Shown piece by piece: positions 13,916-27,756 of a stretch of 64,000 nt of DNA. Source of the DNA: Octopus sinensis (taxonomy: Eukaryota); NCBI RefSeq assembly GCF_006345805.1, contig NC_043020.1:18352001-18416000 (forward strand). Direction: 5' to 3'. The position numbers and the translations under genes are program-made. Numbering within the stretch: position 1 is the stretch's first letter; each line of letters begins with the position of its first letter. The notes below the pieces were generated by a model that saw only the letters and a list, made by a program, of their open reading frames with translations, did not search any database and was not told the origin of the DNA.

Positions 13916-16499
13916 ATATATACATACATACATACATCATACATACATATATAATATGTATGTATATATACATGGCATATATACGACGGGCTTCTTTTAG
14001 TTTCCGTCTTACCAAATCCACTCACAAGGCTATAGTAGTGGTGCTGCGCCAGTGGAACTGAACCCGGAACCATGTGGTTCTGATAGAGTCACAATTATTT
14101 TGAATTGAACAAATTGTCAAATATATATTTTGGACAAACATTTTTTTTTTTTCAAATGAAAGACAAATATTATTAAATATATACATATGAAAGATCGTTG
14201 TTTGTTCCTTTAGAAAACTTAAGGACATCCTTGTTTGTATTGTATTCTTTTTTATTTTTCCTTCTTCTTCAGGTCTTTGGATTTTCTTTTAAGTTTACGG
14301 TCGTAATATAAGGGAAGGTTCAACGGTATTTAAGGACTACATTATCTAACGTGTCCTTTCTAAGACGATGGGTGTGTGAGTACGGAGAAATAAGATTGTC
14401 GTTTCTAGTAGATCGAACGAAAGGAGAGCCTTATAACCTGTTTAGCTACTCGGCTGGTCTTGGTTGAGTAGAGCAAGAATAAAAGGCATTGAGAGCTATG
14501 ACTCTTCCTGTCCTTTCTCTATAGTATCGTGTATCTAGGATATTATCTAATGCATCTATAGCTTTTCAGGACAGTAGGTGAGGTGTCACTTGAGGGTTGG
14601 TTTATATGGCTGCTATTTTTAAAAGGTCAAGCGACCATATATAGACTCCCTCATTTGGTCGGTCACTCTTATGAGATCAGCCTCAAAATACACCTGTACT
14701 GCTTTCGAAAGAAAATAATCAATAAAATATTTTTAATATTATTTAGAGTTGTGGTGGCGGCAGGGAAATAAATAAACGAAACAGATTTTAAAGAACAAAT
14801 ATTTGTAATTATATAAAATAATTATATAATCAGAAAGAAACATTTTATTTGTATTTTATTTTTAATTAAAAGTTTAAAGAAATTTACATTTATTTTCGTT
14901 GTATAATTTAAATGCAATGAAGAAGGGAATTTAATTTTTCTTGTTGCTTAATGAGCAAATTCATGCCATTGGTCCAGTTGAGTTACTTCCCTTGTCTCAT
15001 TTTATAATTATCCATAACGTTATCTCCTTTATTTTCTCTAATTCAATCTAAGGTAATATTAAATTAGGGTTAAATGAGACATTGAGATGAACATTTTATC
15101 GAATTAGGGCTCATGATTATTTACTCCGACATAATTACTAAATATAACGAACTACTTAGCAATAAATTTGTAATGAAATTATTCAATTTGTTGGTATAAT
15201 TGAGACTATCCTTCACAATTTATTTTTTTCATAATCTGCCTGAAAAACACCGCTATTAACAAACAAAACAGTAACCTCGCTAATACCCTACCACATCTAA
15301 CAATAGGTGAATTTCCTACAATAAGAGTTTTAGATAATATTAAATATTATTATCAGCAACATGACACACTGATTCCAGAGCAGTTAAGGGGTCCTGGGGA
15401 ACGGAATACCCTATATTAAAATATTACTAATCTAGGTTTTTATTATGAATTTCAATTATGAATAACAAGAAGTCAACATACACAAATGATGCTCACAGAA
15501 TCATTAGTCTTTATATATACTCTCAATCGATCTCTTTCTTTAATTGCTGTTCGATAATCATTCATTGTTTAAGTGTTGTCATATATGTTACGAGATGGCT
15601 CCAATTAAGTCACAACAGATATTATTCCATTTAAACCAATAACTCTTACTAGGTTTCACAGTTCGATATCAGCGGCCCCTTTTTTTGATAAAATTATCAA
15701 TATGTGTGCAATAATAAATAAATAGGAGAAAAAAGGAAGAAAGAATGCATGTTCAAAACAATGTCACTGTAGTAATAATAATAATAAATTATGCCTAAAA
15801 CTCAGGGCCCTTTGTTGAGGAGACAGATATGTTAGTAACTTGATTAAATCATAGTATATTTCTGATATTTACTTTAATCTTCCCTGGAGGGGTTGATAGG
15901 TAAAGCCGATATTAGCAGAGATTAAAGTCAGATCATGGATATACGAGATTAAATTACGATTTCAGGTGATCCTCAAAATTATTTCTGCAAACACTTTATA
16001 GTAAATAAACTATATCACTTGTGAGAGTTCACACATGCCTACGTGCGGATTTCAGCCTTCTCCACTGATCAGTTTTATTAAAACACCTCATTGAAATACT
16101 TGAAGATTTTATTCTAAAAATCAAATTACAAAATTCTCTTTTTTGTTCTCTCTATTCTCATTCCATAAATATCATCCAAAGGATTCATTTACGGGTGTTT
16201 TTATGCGCAGATATTTTTTATTTTGTTCAACGAACCTGCCTATATATAATCTCTATTTTCCGTATTCTATACTTATAGTTAGTAGAGTTAAACCGTAGGG
16301 GTTCATTTTTAATGTTTCGTATGAATTATTGAGTCAAATGAAAGACTCCCCTCACTTTATTTTCCATGTTAGCATTATGGCTATTTATTAAACGCCAATG
16401 AATTCATCCCTCTCCTCTTTTATTATAATTATCTTAATTTTCATACAATTAATGAGAAAACCTTTCGCTATACATCTTCGAACTCGTTAAGATAATCCC

Positions 16500-16948
16500 T
16501 CCCTTCAGGAAGCAGCTTTTTAACACGTACAAATCGAATTAAATAAAATAAAAAAATTCCTAGGAATGTTTAATAATACTATTTAAATGTGTAAAAGTTA
16601 TAATGAGGAAAATGCGTCATGAATTAATGATTGTATTAAAATGTCTAAGGCACTGACTAGCAAGACAGGGAATTTCAGACAATCAAACTAAAAACGAAAG
16701 AGCATTGCCTCGGCACCGGTTTTTAGCCTCTTATTTTCTAAATTTAATATAGTTTACTCTCCAAATATTTTACGCAACCGAAATCCAATACTAAGAAAAC
16801 ACCTGTTTTCTAATTGACAAGCCTATTAACAGTAGTTGGCGACAGCATCATCATCATCATCGTCATCATCGTTATCATCAGCACTGTAGCAAGCCTAACA
16901 GGACGGAGTTGTCTCCCTTGGTTACTACATAAACAGGGTGGAGGAGAT
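16500..16948 (+). promoter_or_regulatory. Probable HTATIP2 promoter/5' UTR
   Basis: Unique, SINE-free, CpG-retaining sequence directly upstream of the first ATG. The TSS cannot be located. Confidence 0.4.
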
Positions 16949-17079
16949 ATGTTGTGGTTTAAATGTGACGAAATTTTGCCTGGAGTGTCCTTGGCTCTCC
17001 TCTATGTCGCCCTGTGTCTCTCTGGTATATTTATCTACATGGAGAACGAAGTGATAGAAGACGTTGAGAACAGCTGCAA
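16949..17079 (+). CDS. HTATIP2: HTATIP2/TIP30-like oxidoreductase, coding exon 1 (MLWFKCDEILPGVSLALLYVALCLSGIFIYMENEVIEDVENSC-K; hydrophobic N-terminal segment)
   Basis: First ATG of ORF 16814..17083 is at 16949 (in-frame stop upstream). Strong donor AA|gtgagt at 17080. Its phase 2 matches the phase-2 acceptor at 32820 (AA+A = Lys). This exon has no homology of its own; the link is inferred from phase and the absence of another start. Confidence 0.72.
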
Positions 17080-17660
17080 GTGAGTTAAAGTGTCCTAATT
17101 TCGATAGTCTCGTTTCTTTAACCAGTTGCCTCAATGCTAAAGTGTCTTTTATACAACAGCAAAGCAGACTTTGTGGGGTATTTTTATTTTGAAAGTTTGT
17201 GTCTCCACAGTTGTTTGACAAACGACCAGATTTCATTTTTGTCGTCACACCCACCTGCGCGACTGTTGACATTTCACGATTTACGATTTTATCTCGGGTA
17301 GAATTGTATTTTGGTGATTTAAATTCGTATAGAGCCAACGGACAGAAATATCCATCTGAAAGTATTGGGGGGAAATAATGGTTTATCCTTAATATTAATT
17401 AGGGATTAAATTAATTATAAAAAGCAATTAGAAAAAATTATGTCGTGCTAAAGGAACTTTGTAATCAGTTTAGCAATATTACATATGATATATGTAATTG
17501 TATGAACAGAACTCAATCCATTCTTCTTCAATTTTGTCATCGCACTTTTGTTATCGCATTTTGTAATCGCAATTTTACAATATTTTCATCCTTGGGTACC
17601 ACTTCGATCTCGTCAGTCCTTAAAACCTGAACTTTCAAAATTTGTCACATATTAATGGTG

Positions 17661-17693
<33 letters not shown>

Positions 17694-18814
17694 TTCTAGT
17701 ATAGGCATAGGGCCTAGAATTTGTGAGTGAGGGCGGGTTAGCCGATACCATTTACTCCAGTGCATGACTGGTACTTTATTTTATCTATCTTGAAAGGACG
17801 AAAAGTAAAGTTGAACACGGTAAAATATGAATTGAGACTGTAAAGAACCGGAAGAAATATTGCAAACAATTTTTCCTATGCTTCAACGATACTATCAGCT
17901 CACCGCCTTAATAATTTTAATAATTGTTTCAATTTTTGGCACATGGCTAGTAATTTTAGGGGTAAGTGGTTAGTCGATGTCATTGATCTCAGTACTTGAC
18001 TGGTTCTTTATTTTATCGACCCCGGGGGAATGAAAGGTAAATCTAATGCATTCGAACGGTCGTTTTCATTCATTGTCTCCCGATGAATTTAATACAACCA
18101 GTTTTTGCGCGCTCTCTTCCAACCTTTGATGAGTCAACAAGTGGCCAAGTCTGTTGACTCGAGGGAAAGAGAAGAAATATTTTTCCAAGTACATTTGTAA
18201 CTTACAGGAAGTGAAATAGTTACAACTGGGATTCGAAACTGGCTTGTAGAATGTGTTTACTCAGAGCTTATTTCTATTCTCTCTCTCGTATCATGCATGC
18301 ATCCATAATTGATTATAAGTGACGTTGGCTTGAGTTAGATGGTGTGTAGTGCAGGATCTTCCGCCTTAGTCTGTCTTGAATTTAGGGCAAGGTTGATGGT
18401 GCTTGCACACACACACCACACATACACACAAACACACACGTACATGTATATATCATCATCATCTTTGAAAATCCGTGACCCATGCTGGTATGGGTTGCAC
18501 AGTTCAAAAGGATCTGGAGAAACAGAGGACTGTTGAGATCCAGTGTCTGCTTTGGCATAGTTTGTATGGTTGACCAGCTATAGAAGGCTCGCTAACCTTT
18601 TATGAAGTGTGCTGGGTGCTTTTATCATGGCTCCAGTGAGGTCACCAAGTAACTCACGAGACAAAACTCCTTGACTGAATGGAGGTGCAATTGTGTACAG
18701 CTGAGGTGACTTCATACCAAGTATTGCGGGGCTAATGTATGATAGAGAGACAGGAACAAATGTCTTGTTGTAGGTGAGGTACATGGCTTTCCAGCAGGAA
18801 AGGGAGAAAGGCTA

Positions 18815-19125
18815 ATCATCATCATTTAGTGTCCGCTTTCCATGCTAGCATGGGTTGGACGGTTCAATTGGGGTCTGGGAAGCTCAAAGGCTGCACCAGG
18901 CCCAGTCTGATCTGACAATGTTTCTACAGCTGGATGCCCTTCCTAACACCAACCACTCCGTGAGTGTAGTGGATGCTTTTTACGTGCCACCAGCACAGGT
19001 GCCAGACGGCGCTGGCAAACGGCCATGGTCAGATGGTGCTTTTTACATGCCACCGGCACGGGGGCCAGGCGAGGCTAGCAACGGCCACAATCGGATGGTG
19101 CTTTTTACGTGCCACCAGCACGGAG
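18815..19125 (-). mobile_element. RTE 3'-UTR-derived repeat with internal tandem units; other copies at ~27480-27758, 31162-31365, 33060-33360, 39330-39800, 43830-44030, 44390-44610 and 62300-62640
   Basis: (CAT)n + gtccgctttccatgctagcatgggttggacgg + ggatgcccttcctaac.ccaaccactcc; repeated gatggtgctttttacgtgccacc units. Confidence 0.75.
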
Positions 19126-20086
19126 ATGAAATATCAGGATGTACCCTCAAGGTACAGGAAAGTGGATAAAGACAGAATAGGGACAGAGAATCAGGATGGC
19201 TGGATGGGTAGGTTCGTGAGTGTGAAAGGAGAGTGACAGATTAGTTAGAGATGGAGTGAATGTAGTCAGTGGTGATCACAGATGGAAGCATGGTCAATGG
19301 TAGGAGGAAGAGGTAAAGGAAAACAGAAACATATTCTTTTCACATTCATTCCTCATTCTTAACTCATATTTTAAGTTGGTCACTTTTTCCATGCTGCCAG
19401 TTATGTCTCCCTCTGTCTTGAACCATTTCCTTTGGACACCTACCCTTATTCTTAACAGCCTGCCCTGTCACCTTCCCCTCCAATTCATATTTATCATTAA
19501 CCCTACCCCTCCACCCTTGTTCATTTACTACACTGACCCCTACCTATTCTCTATTCATATCTCATTCTCCCCACACACCCTTGCAACCATTACCCACGCA
19601 CCCTTCTTGATCTCTCCTCACACTCTTTCTTATTCACCTTATGTCTTGAAGGTATGCTTTGACACCTTGTCACCACCATCTCGACCTCTCTGTTCAGCTC
19701 CGTCCCAATTACTCATCCTGAGTAAGACGTTAAACTGAATCTGGTAGTGAAACCTTAGTATGGAGGTTCCAGGATTTTGAGGAGTGGGGAATCACCTGCT
19801 AGCTGCTATTTTTTCCCCAGGTCTACTCTGATCCGGAGTAGAAACATCTGTTAGGCTCCCATAGTAGTCTTTGTGTTTATGTGTTTATGTATGTGTGTGT
19901 GGTGCCCCAGCATGGCCACAGCTCGTGAGCTGAAACTAGATGAAATGAAATGATATCCATTTTGTCACACCTAACTATCTGTCTGTTTGTTTGTGTGTAT
20001 ATATCTATGTCTCTGTCTGTCTGTCTCTTCCCTCGCTCTCTCTGTCACTTTCTTTCTCTCCCTCTCGCTCTCTCTCTCTCTCTCTC

Positions 20087-20968
<882 letters not shown>

Positions 20969-20969
20969 C

Positions 20970-21612
20970 ACCTCAGTTGGCAACCAAAAGTTCTCTCTCT
21001 GAGTGAAACGAAGATTGATTGATACAAATATACAGACAGGAATTCTACATGGTAGTGAGATGTGGGCTCTGAATGCAGAGGACATGCAAAGGCTAGAGAG
21101 GAATGAAGCTAGAATGCCCCACTGGATGTGTAAATGTAAGTGTACAGGTTTGACAATGTGTTAGTGTATTGAGAGGCATATGTGAAAGTGGGAGACCCAG
21201 GAAGACATCGGATGAAGTACTGAAGGACAACCTCAGGATGCTGAACCTTTCAGATGAGATGACAAAGGACTGAGATACCTAGCACCTAGCTGTATTCAAG
21301 GAGACCGTACAGCAGAAATGCTAAGGCTGCTCTTCCTGGTGAAGAGGATTGGCTAGCAAGAATCCTGTGCTGGTGCCACATAAAGAAAAACACCCCTGCT
21401 GGTGCCTTGTAGAGGTGCTGGTGGTGCATTGCCACATTAAAAGGACCTAGCACACACTGTAAAGTGGTTGGTGTTAGGAAGAGCATCCAGCTACAGGAAC
21501 CATAACAAATCAGACTGGAGCCTGGTGCAGCTCTCTGACTTGCCAGCTCTGGTGAAGCCATCCAACCCATGCCAGCATGGAAAGCAGACGTTAAATGATG
21601 ATGATGATGATG
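20970..21612 (+). mobile_element. RTE-clade LINE 3' fragment, decayed
   Basis: LHGSEMWALNAEDMQRLERNEARM..WMC and GRPRKT..EV remnants, followed by the same 3' UTR and (GAT)n tail. Confidence 0.78.
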
Positions 21613-22095
21613 ATATGTCTGTTTCTTTCTGCTGCAACACCTTATTTTTTATTGGTGAAAAGGAAAATGAATATGGTGGATGGTGACAAGGTAGGCAAAC
21701 TGATAAGGCTGGATAAGGCACAAAGGTCAACATTTTCAAATTTTGACACCTTTGATAAATAATTTTAAGGCATTGTTTTTTTTTTAAATATGACAGCCCT
21801 GACTTTATTATTTATCACAGGTTCCTATAATAGTATGAAAATGTTGATCTTTGTATCCTATCCAACCTTACTGGTTTTCCACCTCGTCCACCAATCCTCC
21901 ATATTCATTCCTCTCTTATAACATTGTTGTAATTTATCAGTTACTAGGTCATTACCTGTTACTATGCTGCAGGTATACATATCTGTCAGTCATGCACGTA
22001 CCTTTAAAGCCTGTGTTGCATTGTTTATATGTTGAAAGCTAAACAGGACAAGCAAACACACACACACACACACAATAACTACATGTATTATTATA

Positions 22096-22462
22096 CTACC
22101 AGTATCACCCGGTGTTGCTTGGCTTTGTTTCAACCCTTTAGAATTGAAATTTTTGGAAAGTAAAAATTTTGCATTATGCAACTTGTTATTCTCTTCAAGT
22201 GAACATTTTTCCAGTTGAAATACACCGTAAAATGGTGACACAGCAGTCAAAAATCGTAAAAAATAGGGATTTTCATAGAAAAAAAGCACCTTTTTGATGT
22301 AAATAATTTTTGGTGTTAACATGGTCCGATTTGAATTTTATCTTCCATCATACTCTCAATTTTGGTCAACTTGCGCTGTAGGGTCTCGAAGGAGATATTG
22401 TTAGTTGAAGGCTACCAAACCTGCCACACACAGACAACTTCAGCTTTATATATATATATAGA
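22096..22462 (-). mobile_element. Non-autonomous Helitron
   Basis: Minus strand begins A|TCtatatatatataaagctgaagttgtctgtgtgtg and ends with hairpin ccaagcaacaccggg + gatactgGTAG|T (CTRR-like, between A and T). Confidence 0.68.
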
Positions 22463-22519
22463 TTTGCTACACACTACTTTCCATCCTTAATAATGAAACT
22501 TGGTAGATCCAAAAGTTAA

Positions 22520-23146
22520 ACACTAGACACACACACAGACACACAAGTTGAGTTTTATATATATAGATTTCTCAATGAGGATTTCAGGGAAGAGTTTCAG
22601 GGAGTCGCTGGCGATGTATCGTGATGATCAAAAATCCGGCCTGTTAAAATTTGGTTAAAGTGATTCAAACTGCAGACTCAAAGCAAAATGGTCACATTTA
22701 ATTCAAAGCGTTAAAAATGTTATGAAAACAATTGGTATGTGTTCACAAAGTCTAAATGATTAATACGAAAAAACCCTCCAGGCTACATCCCAAAAATTCA
22801 TTTCTTTGCTGAATTTCTACAATGTTTATGGGGATTTGTTTTTATATCTTGATTTTTTATTTTTCATGCAATTTACGCATGCTTGCATGTGTGGTGAACA
22901 CAGTTCACGTCAAACAGCTGACTGAGTAAAGTTCACTATTCAATGCATGGGATAAGGCCTAAACAAACACATTATCGATTTTTGCACTTGTGAGATGAAT
23001 TTTGGAACAGAAATAGCGCAGTTCTATTTTCATTCGTCTAAACTTTAAGTGACCCATTTTTGGTGGTTCTACGATTTGTTGGCTAGGAGGAGATGTGCCG
23101 GGAAATTAAACACACAGACACACAAGTTGAGTTTTATATATATAGA
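22520..23146 (-). mobile_element. Further Helitron-like segments with two extra 5' termini
   Basis: The direct repeat cacacagacacacaagttgagttttatatatatagat at ~22532-22568 and ~23111-23147 resembles the 5' end of the 22096-22462 element. Confidence 0.55.
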
Positions 23147-24252
23147 TATAGTATTTTCTTAAAGTCTCTGTTACATTGTGCTGACAGACTTACACTTAAA
23201 ATTCCTGCTTTTTTAATCAAAACTTATTAGCTACTAAGACGACAACACTACCTATTTATCTATCTTTTACACACACATACTCTCCTCTCTCTCTCTCTCT
23301 CTCACTGTATTTCTTTCTCAACAACTTCTTCGTCTTCTCTTCTTCCCTCCCTCTACCCAGATGTTGTTACAGATAGGCAGGTGGAGTTCAGCTTTTCTTT
23401 TGGAATATAAAATGATGGTTACTTGAAAGGAAAGTGAGGGTGCAGAGTGAAGTGTTACCTTCTGGCAAATTTGTTGAAAGTGGGGTGAGAGTGGCAAGAA
23501 TGGCCCAAATGAATGAGCCTGCTCTTAGATAGTGCCTATAGATTGAAAAAGGAGGAAGGGAGGGCACTACTTTTAGCGATCAGAATGACTGCAATTTTGT
23601 GGTGTCTTTATCTTCTGAGTACAAATGCCACCAGTGTCAACTTTGCTTACGGACATTAAACGATGATGATGATGATGTCTGACTTTTGCCATGTATTTGT
23701 ACAAGTTGACTCCAAGTCTCACCCAGAGATCTTGGGACAAGTTAGAAGTTCAATTTGGTGTTATGCCTTGGGGCAATAAAATAAGTACCAGTTGAGTACT
23801 GGGGTTGATGTGATCAACTTATCACCTTCTCTGAATTTTCTGGCTTTGTACCATAATTTGACATTATTATTTTGTCCATCTTTCTGCTCTGAGTTGAATT
23901 TCTACTGAAGGCAACTTTGCCTTTCTTCCTTTCAGAATCACTGAAATAAATATTAGTTTAGTTATTGGTGGGGGTGATGTAATCCAACTCACCCTCTCCT
24001 GAAATATTTCAGATCTTGTGCCTCTAGCAGAAAGAATTATTATTATTCTGAATTATTTTCTCCCTTTCTCTTCAATTAAGCTCATCAACTTCAAGTTTCC
24101 CTTCAAGGAGGATGTACTGTCCTTCGTTCATTTTGGTAGTTTGCCCCTCTTCCTGTTTTATTTGAATTCTTTTGTCTCCCTCAAGATCTTCTGCTGACTT
24201 GTGCTTTGCACAGTGATGGACATTTCATGCGCTCCATTAATTATAGGTGGAG

Positions 24253-24548
24253 GCACATGGCCTAATAGTTAGAGCAGCGGACTCGCGGTTGAGGGATCGC
24301 GGGTTTGAATCTCAGACTGGGCATGTGTGTGTTTATGAGTGAAATACCTAAGTTCCACGTGGCTCCGGCAGAAGGTAATGGCGAACTTCTGCTGACTCTT
24401 TCGCCACAACTTTCTCTTACTCTTTCCTCCTGCATCTTGTAGCTCATCTGCAATAGACCGAATTCCTGTCCAGGTGGGGAACCTATACACCAAGGAAACT
24501 GGGAAACTGGCCCTAATGAGCCAGGCATGGCTCAAGAAGGAAGAAACA
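24253..24548 (+). mobile_element. SINE family B' (same head as B, different tail); second copy at ~25707-26012
   Basis: Head ggaggcacatggcct..tggttagagcagcggactcgcgg; tail ...ggcatggctcaagaagga. Confidence 0.8.
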
Positions 24549-25053
24549 TTAATTATAGATTTTATGTGACATTGTTCTGTCATTAAGTTTTCAAAAGCTA
24601 TTCCAATAGAATGAGAACAGAGATATAAATTGTCCAAATTAGTGCATGCAGTTCTTGAAATGACCAACGCTTGACAGAAAGCTTGCACTGTTTCAGCTGC
24701 AAAACCTTTTAAAATTGTTCATAACATTTGAATCCATTCAGACAAACATGTCTATGGATTTTAAAAAAAAAATATAAACAACTTTTGTGTGAGAAGAAAC
24801 ATTTAAATTATTTCTTTTATCTTATACTTAGTATTTGGACTATAGGGATGTTGGGTTCCAACCCTGAAGGATTTTAGTTGAACAAACCAACTCTAGTACT
24901 TATCTTTTAAGGCGGAACTTATTCTATCGGTCACTTCTGCCAAACTTCTAAGTTATGGGGATGTAAACAAACCAACACTAGTTAAGTGGTGAGGAGTAGA
25001 AATACACACACATTTGTCATATTTGCAGTACAATGACTTTCCAACTTCATTAA

Positions 25054-25389
25054 CCCTTCAGCATTCAAACAGGCTATATCGGGCCCAAAATATTTTGGTT
25101 GTTTAATGCTCAAACTGGCCAGATCAGGCCCAAAGCAGGCCTACCTGACAATGTCAGTCTAAAAGAAACAATTACTATAATTATCTTCAAACTGTACGAT
25201 AATGTATGATTAATTCAAAACAATATGAATGAATAGGCACAGGCATGGCTGTGTGGTAAGAAGCTTGCTTTCCAACCACATGGATCCAGGTTCAGTCCCA
25301 CTGTGTAGTACCTTCTTCTATAGCCTTGGGCTGTCCGAAGCCTTGTGAGTGGATTTGATAGAGGGAAACTGAAAGAAGCCTGTCATATA

Positions 25390-25428
<39 letters not shown>

Positions 25429-25647
25429 TATATTTGTATGTGCTGTAACTTAACTGTTCGGTAAAAGAGACTGATAGAATAAGTTCAAGGCTTACAAAGA
25501 ATAAGTCCTGGGGTCGGTTTCTTCAACTAAAACTCTTAAAAGTGGTGCTCCAGCATGGCCAAAGTCAAATGACTGAAACAAATAAAAACAAAGAATAAAA
25601 GAACAAACAAACATTACATTTGATAGAGTAATCTGAATGCTAAAGGG
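25054..25647. mobile_element. piggyBac-type MITE (TTAA TSD, CCCTT ends) carrying a SINE insertion at ~25235-25610
   Basis: TTAA|cccttcagcatt ... aatgctaaaggg|TTAA. Confidence 0.75.
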
Positions 25648-27756
25648 TTAAGCTATTTACAAAACAGCATAATACTATAAAGATTTATATCTAATCCCTA
25701 TGATGTGGAGGCACATGGCCTAGTGGTTAGAGGAGAGGACTCGCAGTCAAGGGATCACGGGTTCAAATCTCACATTGGGCGATGTGTGTGTTTATGAGCA
25801 AAACACCTAAGCTCCGTGCAGCTCCGGCAGAAGGTAATGGCCAAACTTCTGCTGACTCTTTTGCCACAACTTTCTCTCACTCTTGTCTCCTGCATCTAGT
25901 AGCTCACCTGCGACGGACTGGCATCCTGTCCAGGTGGGGAACCTATACGACAATGAAATCAGGAAACCAGCCCTTATGCGCCAGGCATGGCTCAAAAAGG
26001 AATCAACAGCAACAATCGCTATAAGACTCTATCATGAAACCAAATTACCTAAGAACTTGGTTCTGACCTTCATAATTAAAATAAATCCAACAGGATAGTA
26101 ACAAAGAGCATGGATAGCTTTTAACTTTTAATTTGTACTTGTTTCAGTCATTAGACTGTGGCCATGCTGGGGCACTGCCTTGAAGAATTTTTAGTCAAAT
26201 GAATCCACTTCGGTACTTATTTTTTTTTAAGCCTGGGACTTATTCTATCAGATCTCTTTTGCTGTTGTATTCATTGCAAATCTGATGTGGCCTGATCTTA
26301 GTTACACAGTTTTGAATCTGGGCTTTGCTACATCATCATTTCATGTCCATTGTCCATGCTGTTTCCACTTATCAAGTCCACTCACATGACTTGGTCAGCC
26401 CAAGGCTATAACAGAAGACCCTTGCCCAAAGTGTTATGTAGTGGGACTGAACCCAAGACCAAACAGTTGGAAGTAAACTTGTCAACCACACAGCCATGCC
26501 TGCACCTAGTATATAATGTGAAAACTAATATTTAGATGTAGGTGTGGTTGTGTGGTAAGACACTTGCTTCCCAACCTCATGGTTCTGGGTTCAGTCTCAC
26601 TGTGTGGCTCCTTGGGCAAGTGTCTTCTACTACAGCCCTGGACCAACCAAAGCTTTGTGAGTGGATTTGGTAGACAGAAACTGAAAGAAATGTGTGTGTG
26701 TCTTTGTGTATGTATTCCCCCCCCTCCCTCCATCACTGCTTGACAACTGGTGTTGGTGCATTTAGGTCCCCGTAATATAGCAGTTCGTCAAAAGGGACTG
26801 ATGGGATAAATACTAGCTTTAAAAAAATAAGTCATGGGTTTGATTTGTTTGACTAAAAAGCCTTCAAGATGGTGCTCCAGTATGGCTGCAACCAAGTGAC
26901 TGAAACAAGTAATAGAATAATGGAATAATCTACAAATAAATAATTATTAATAAATTAACTTTCACAAATCGATATAAATAAAATGCTGACAGAAACATAC
27001 CTTGATTCAAAAGGATGAGACAACTAACACATTAAAATATAAAAAAAGTTTATGCCTACCAAATCCACTCATTTGCTTTCTCAGCAAAAAATCCCTTTCT
27101 CGTCTCCTTTACTTTTTTACTTACTTCAGCCCTTTTCTCCCTGTAAATCATAAGGCTGTCTCTTCTATTTCTCTCCTGTTGGCCTTAAGGTATGGCCTAT
27201 CCATTCCACTTGAGGGAAAAGCCTTCCTCTTCTACATCTTGTTCTTCAGTTGTCATTAATGCTTCTGTAACTTTACTTTTTTCTAGGTAGGGATGTTCCT
27301 TTGACATGAGCTGGAAAGTTTAGTTCTCATTAACTGGAGTTCACAACCCAGTTTCAGTTGTCCAGTTGAATTTGTTTGTCTTCAGTCAACATTACTGATT
27401 CTCTTGGAAGAGTCATGATTGTCCAATACATCTCTTTTCCTCAATCATCTATGTTGAAAATTATTATTATTATTTATTTATGCCAGCGCCACCTTGACTG
27501 GCTTCTGTGCTGGTGGCATGTAAAAAGCACCAACCAATCGTGACCGCTGCCAGCCTCCCCTGGCACCTGTGCCAGTGGCACGTAAAAAAGTACCCACTAC
27601 ATTCCCGGAGTGATTGGCGTTAGGAAGGGTATCCAGCTGTAGAAACACTGCTAGATCAGGCTGGAGCCTGGTGCAGCCTCCTGACTTCCCAGACCCCGGT
27701 CAAACCGTCCAACCCATGCTAGCACGGAAAATAGACGTTCAACGATGATGATGATG

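Noticed and set aside
14230-14700. Possible decayed LINE ORF on the minus strand
   Set aside because: Only vague protein-like stretches with many stops and no diagnostic motif; not assignable without a search.
16925-17338. 137-aa antisense ORF overlapping HTATIP2 exon 1
   Set aside because: No recognisable motif or splice support; expected by chance opposite a coding exon and GC-richer promoter-proximal DNA.
18125-18165. TGATGA followed by a 9-bp hairpin (gagtcaaca/tgttgactc) as a hammerhead or C/D snoRNA
   Set aside because: It has UUGAUGA rather than CUGAUGA, no correctly placed GAAA, no stems I/III and no D box.
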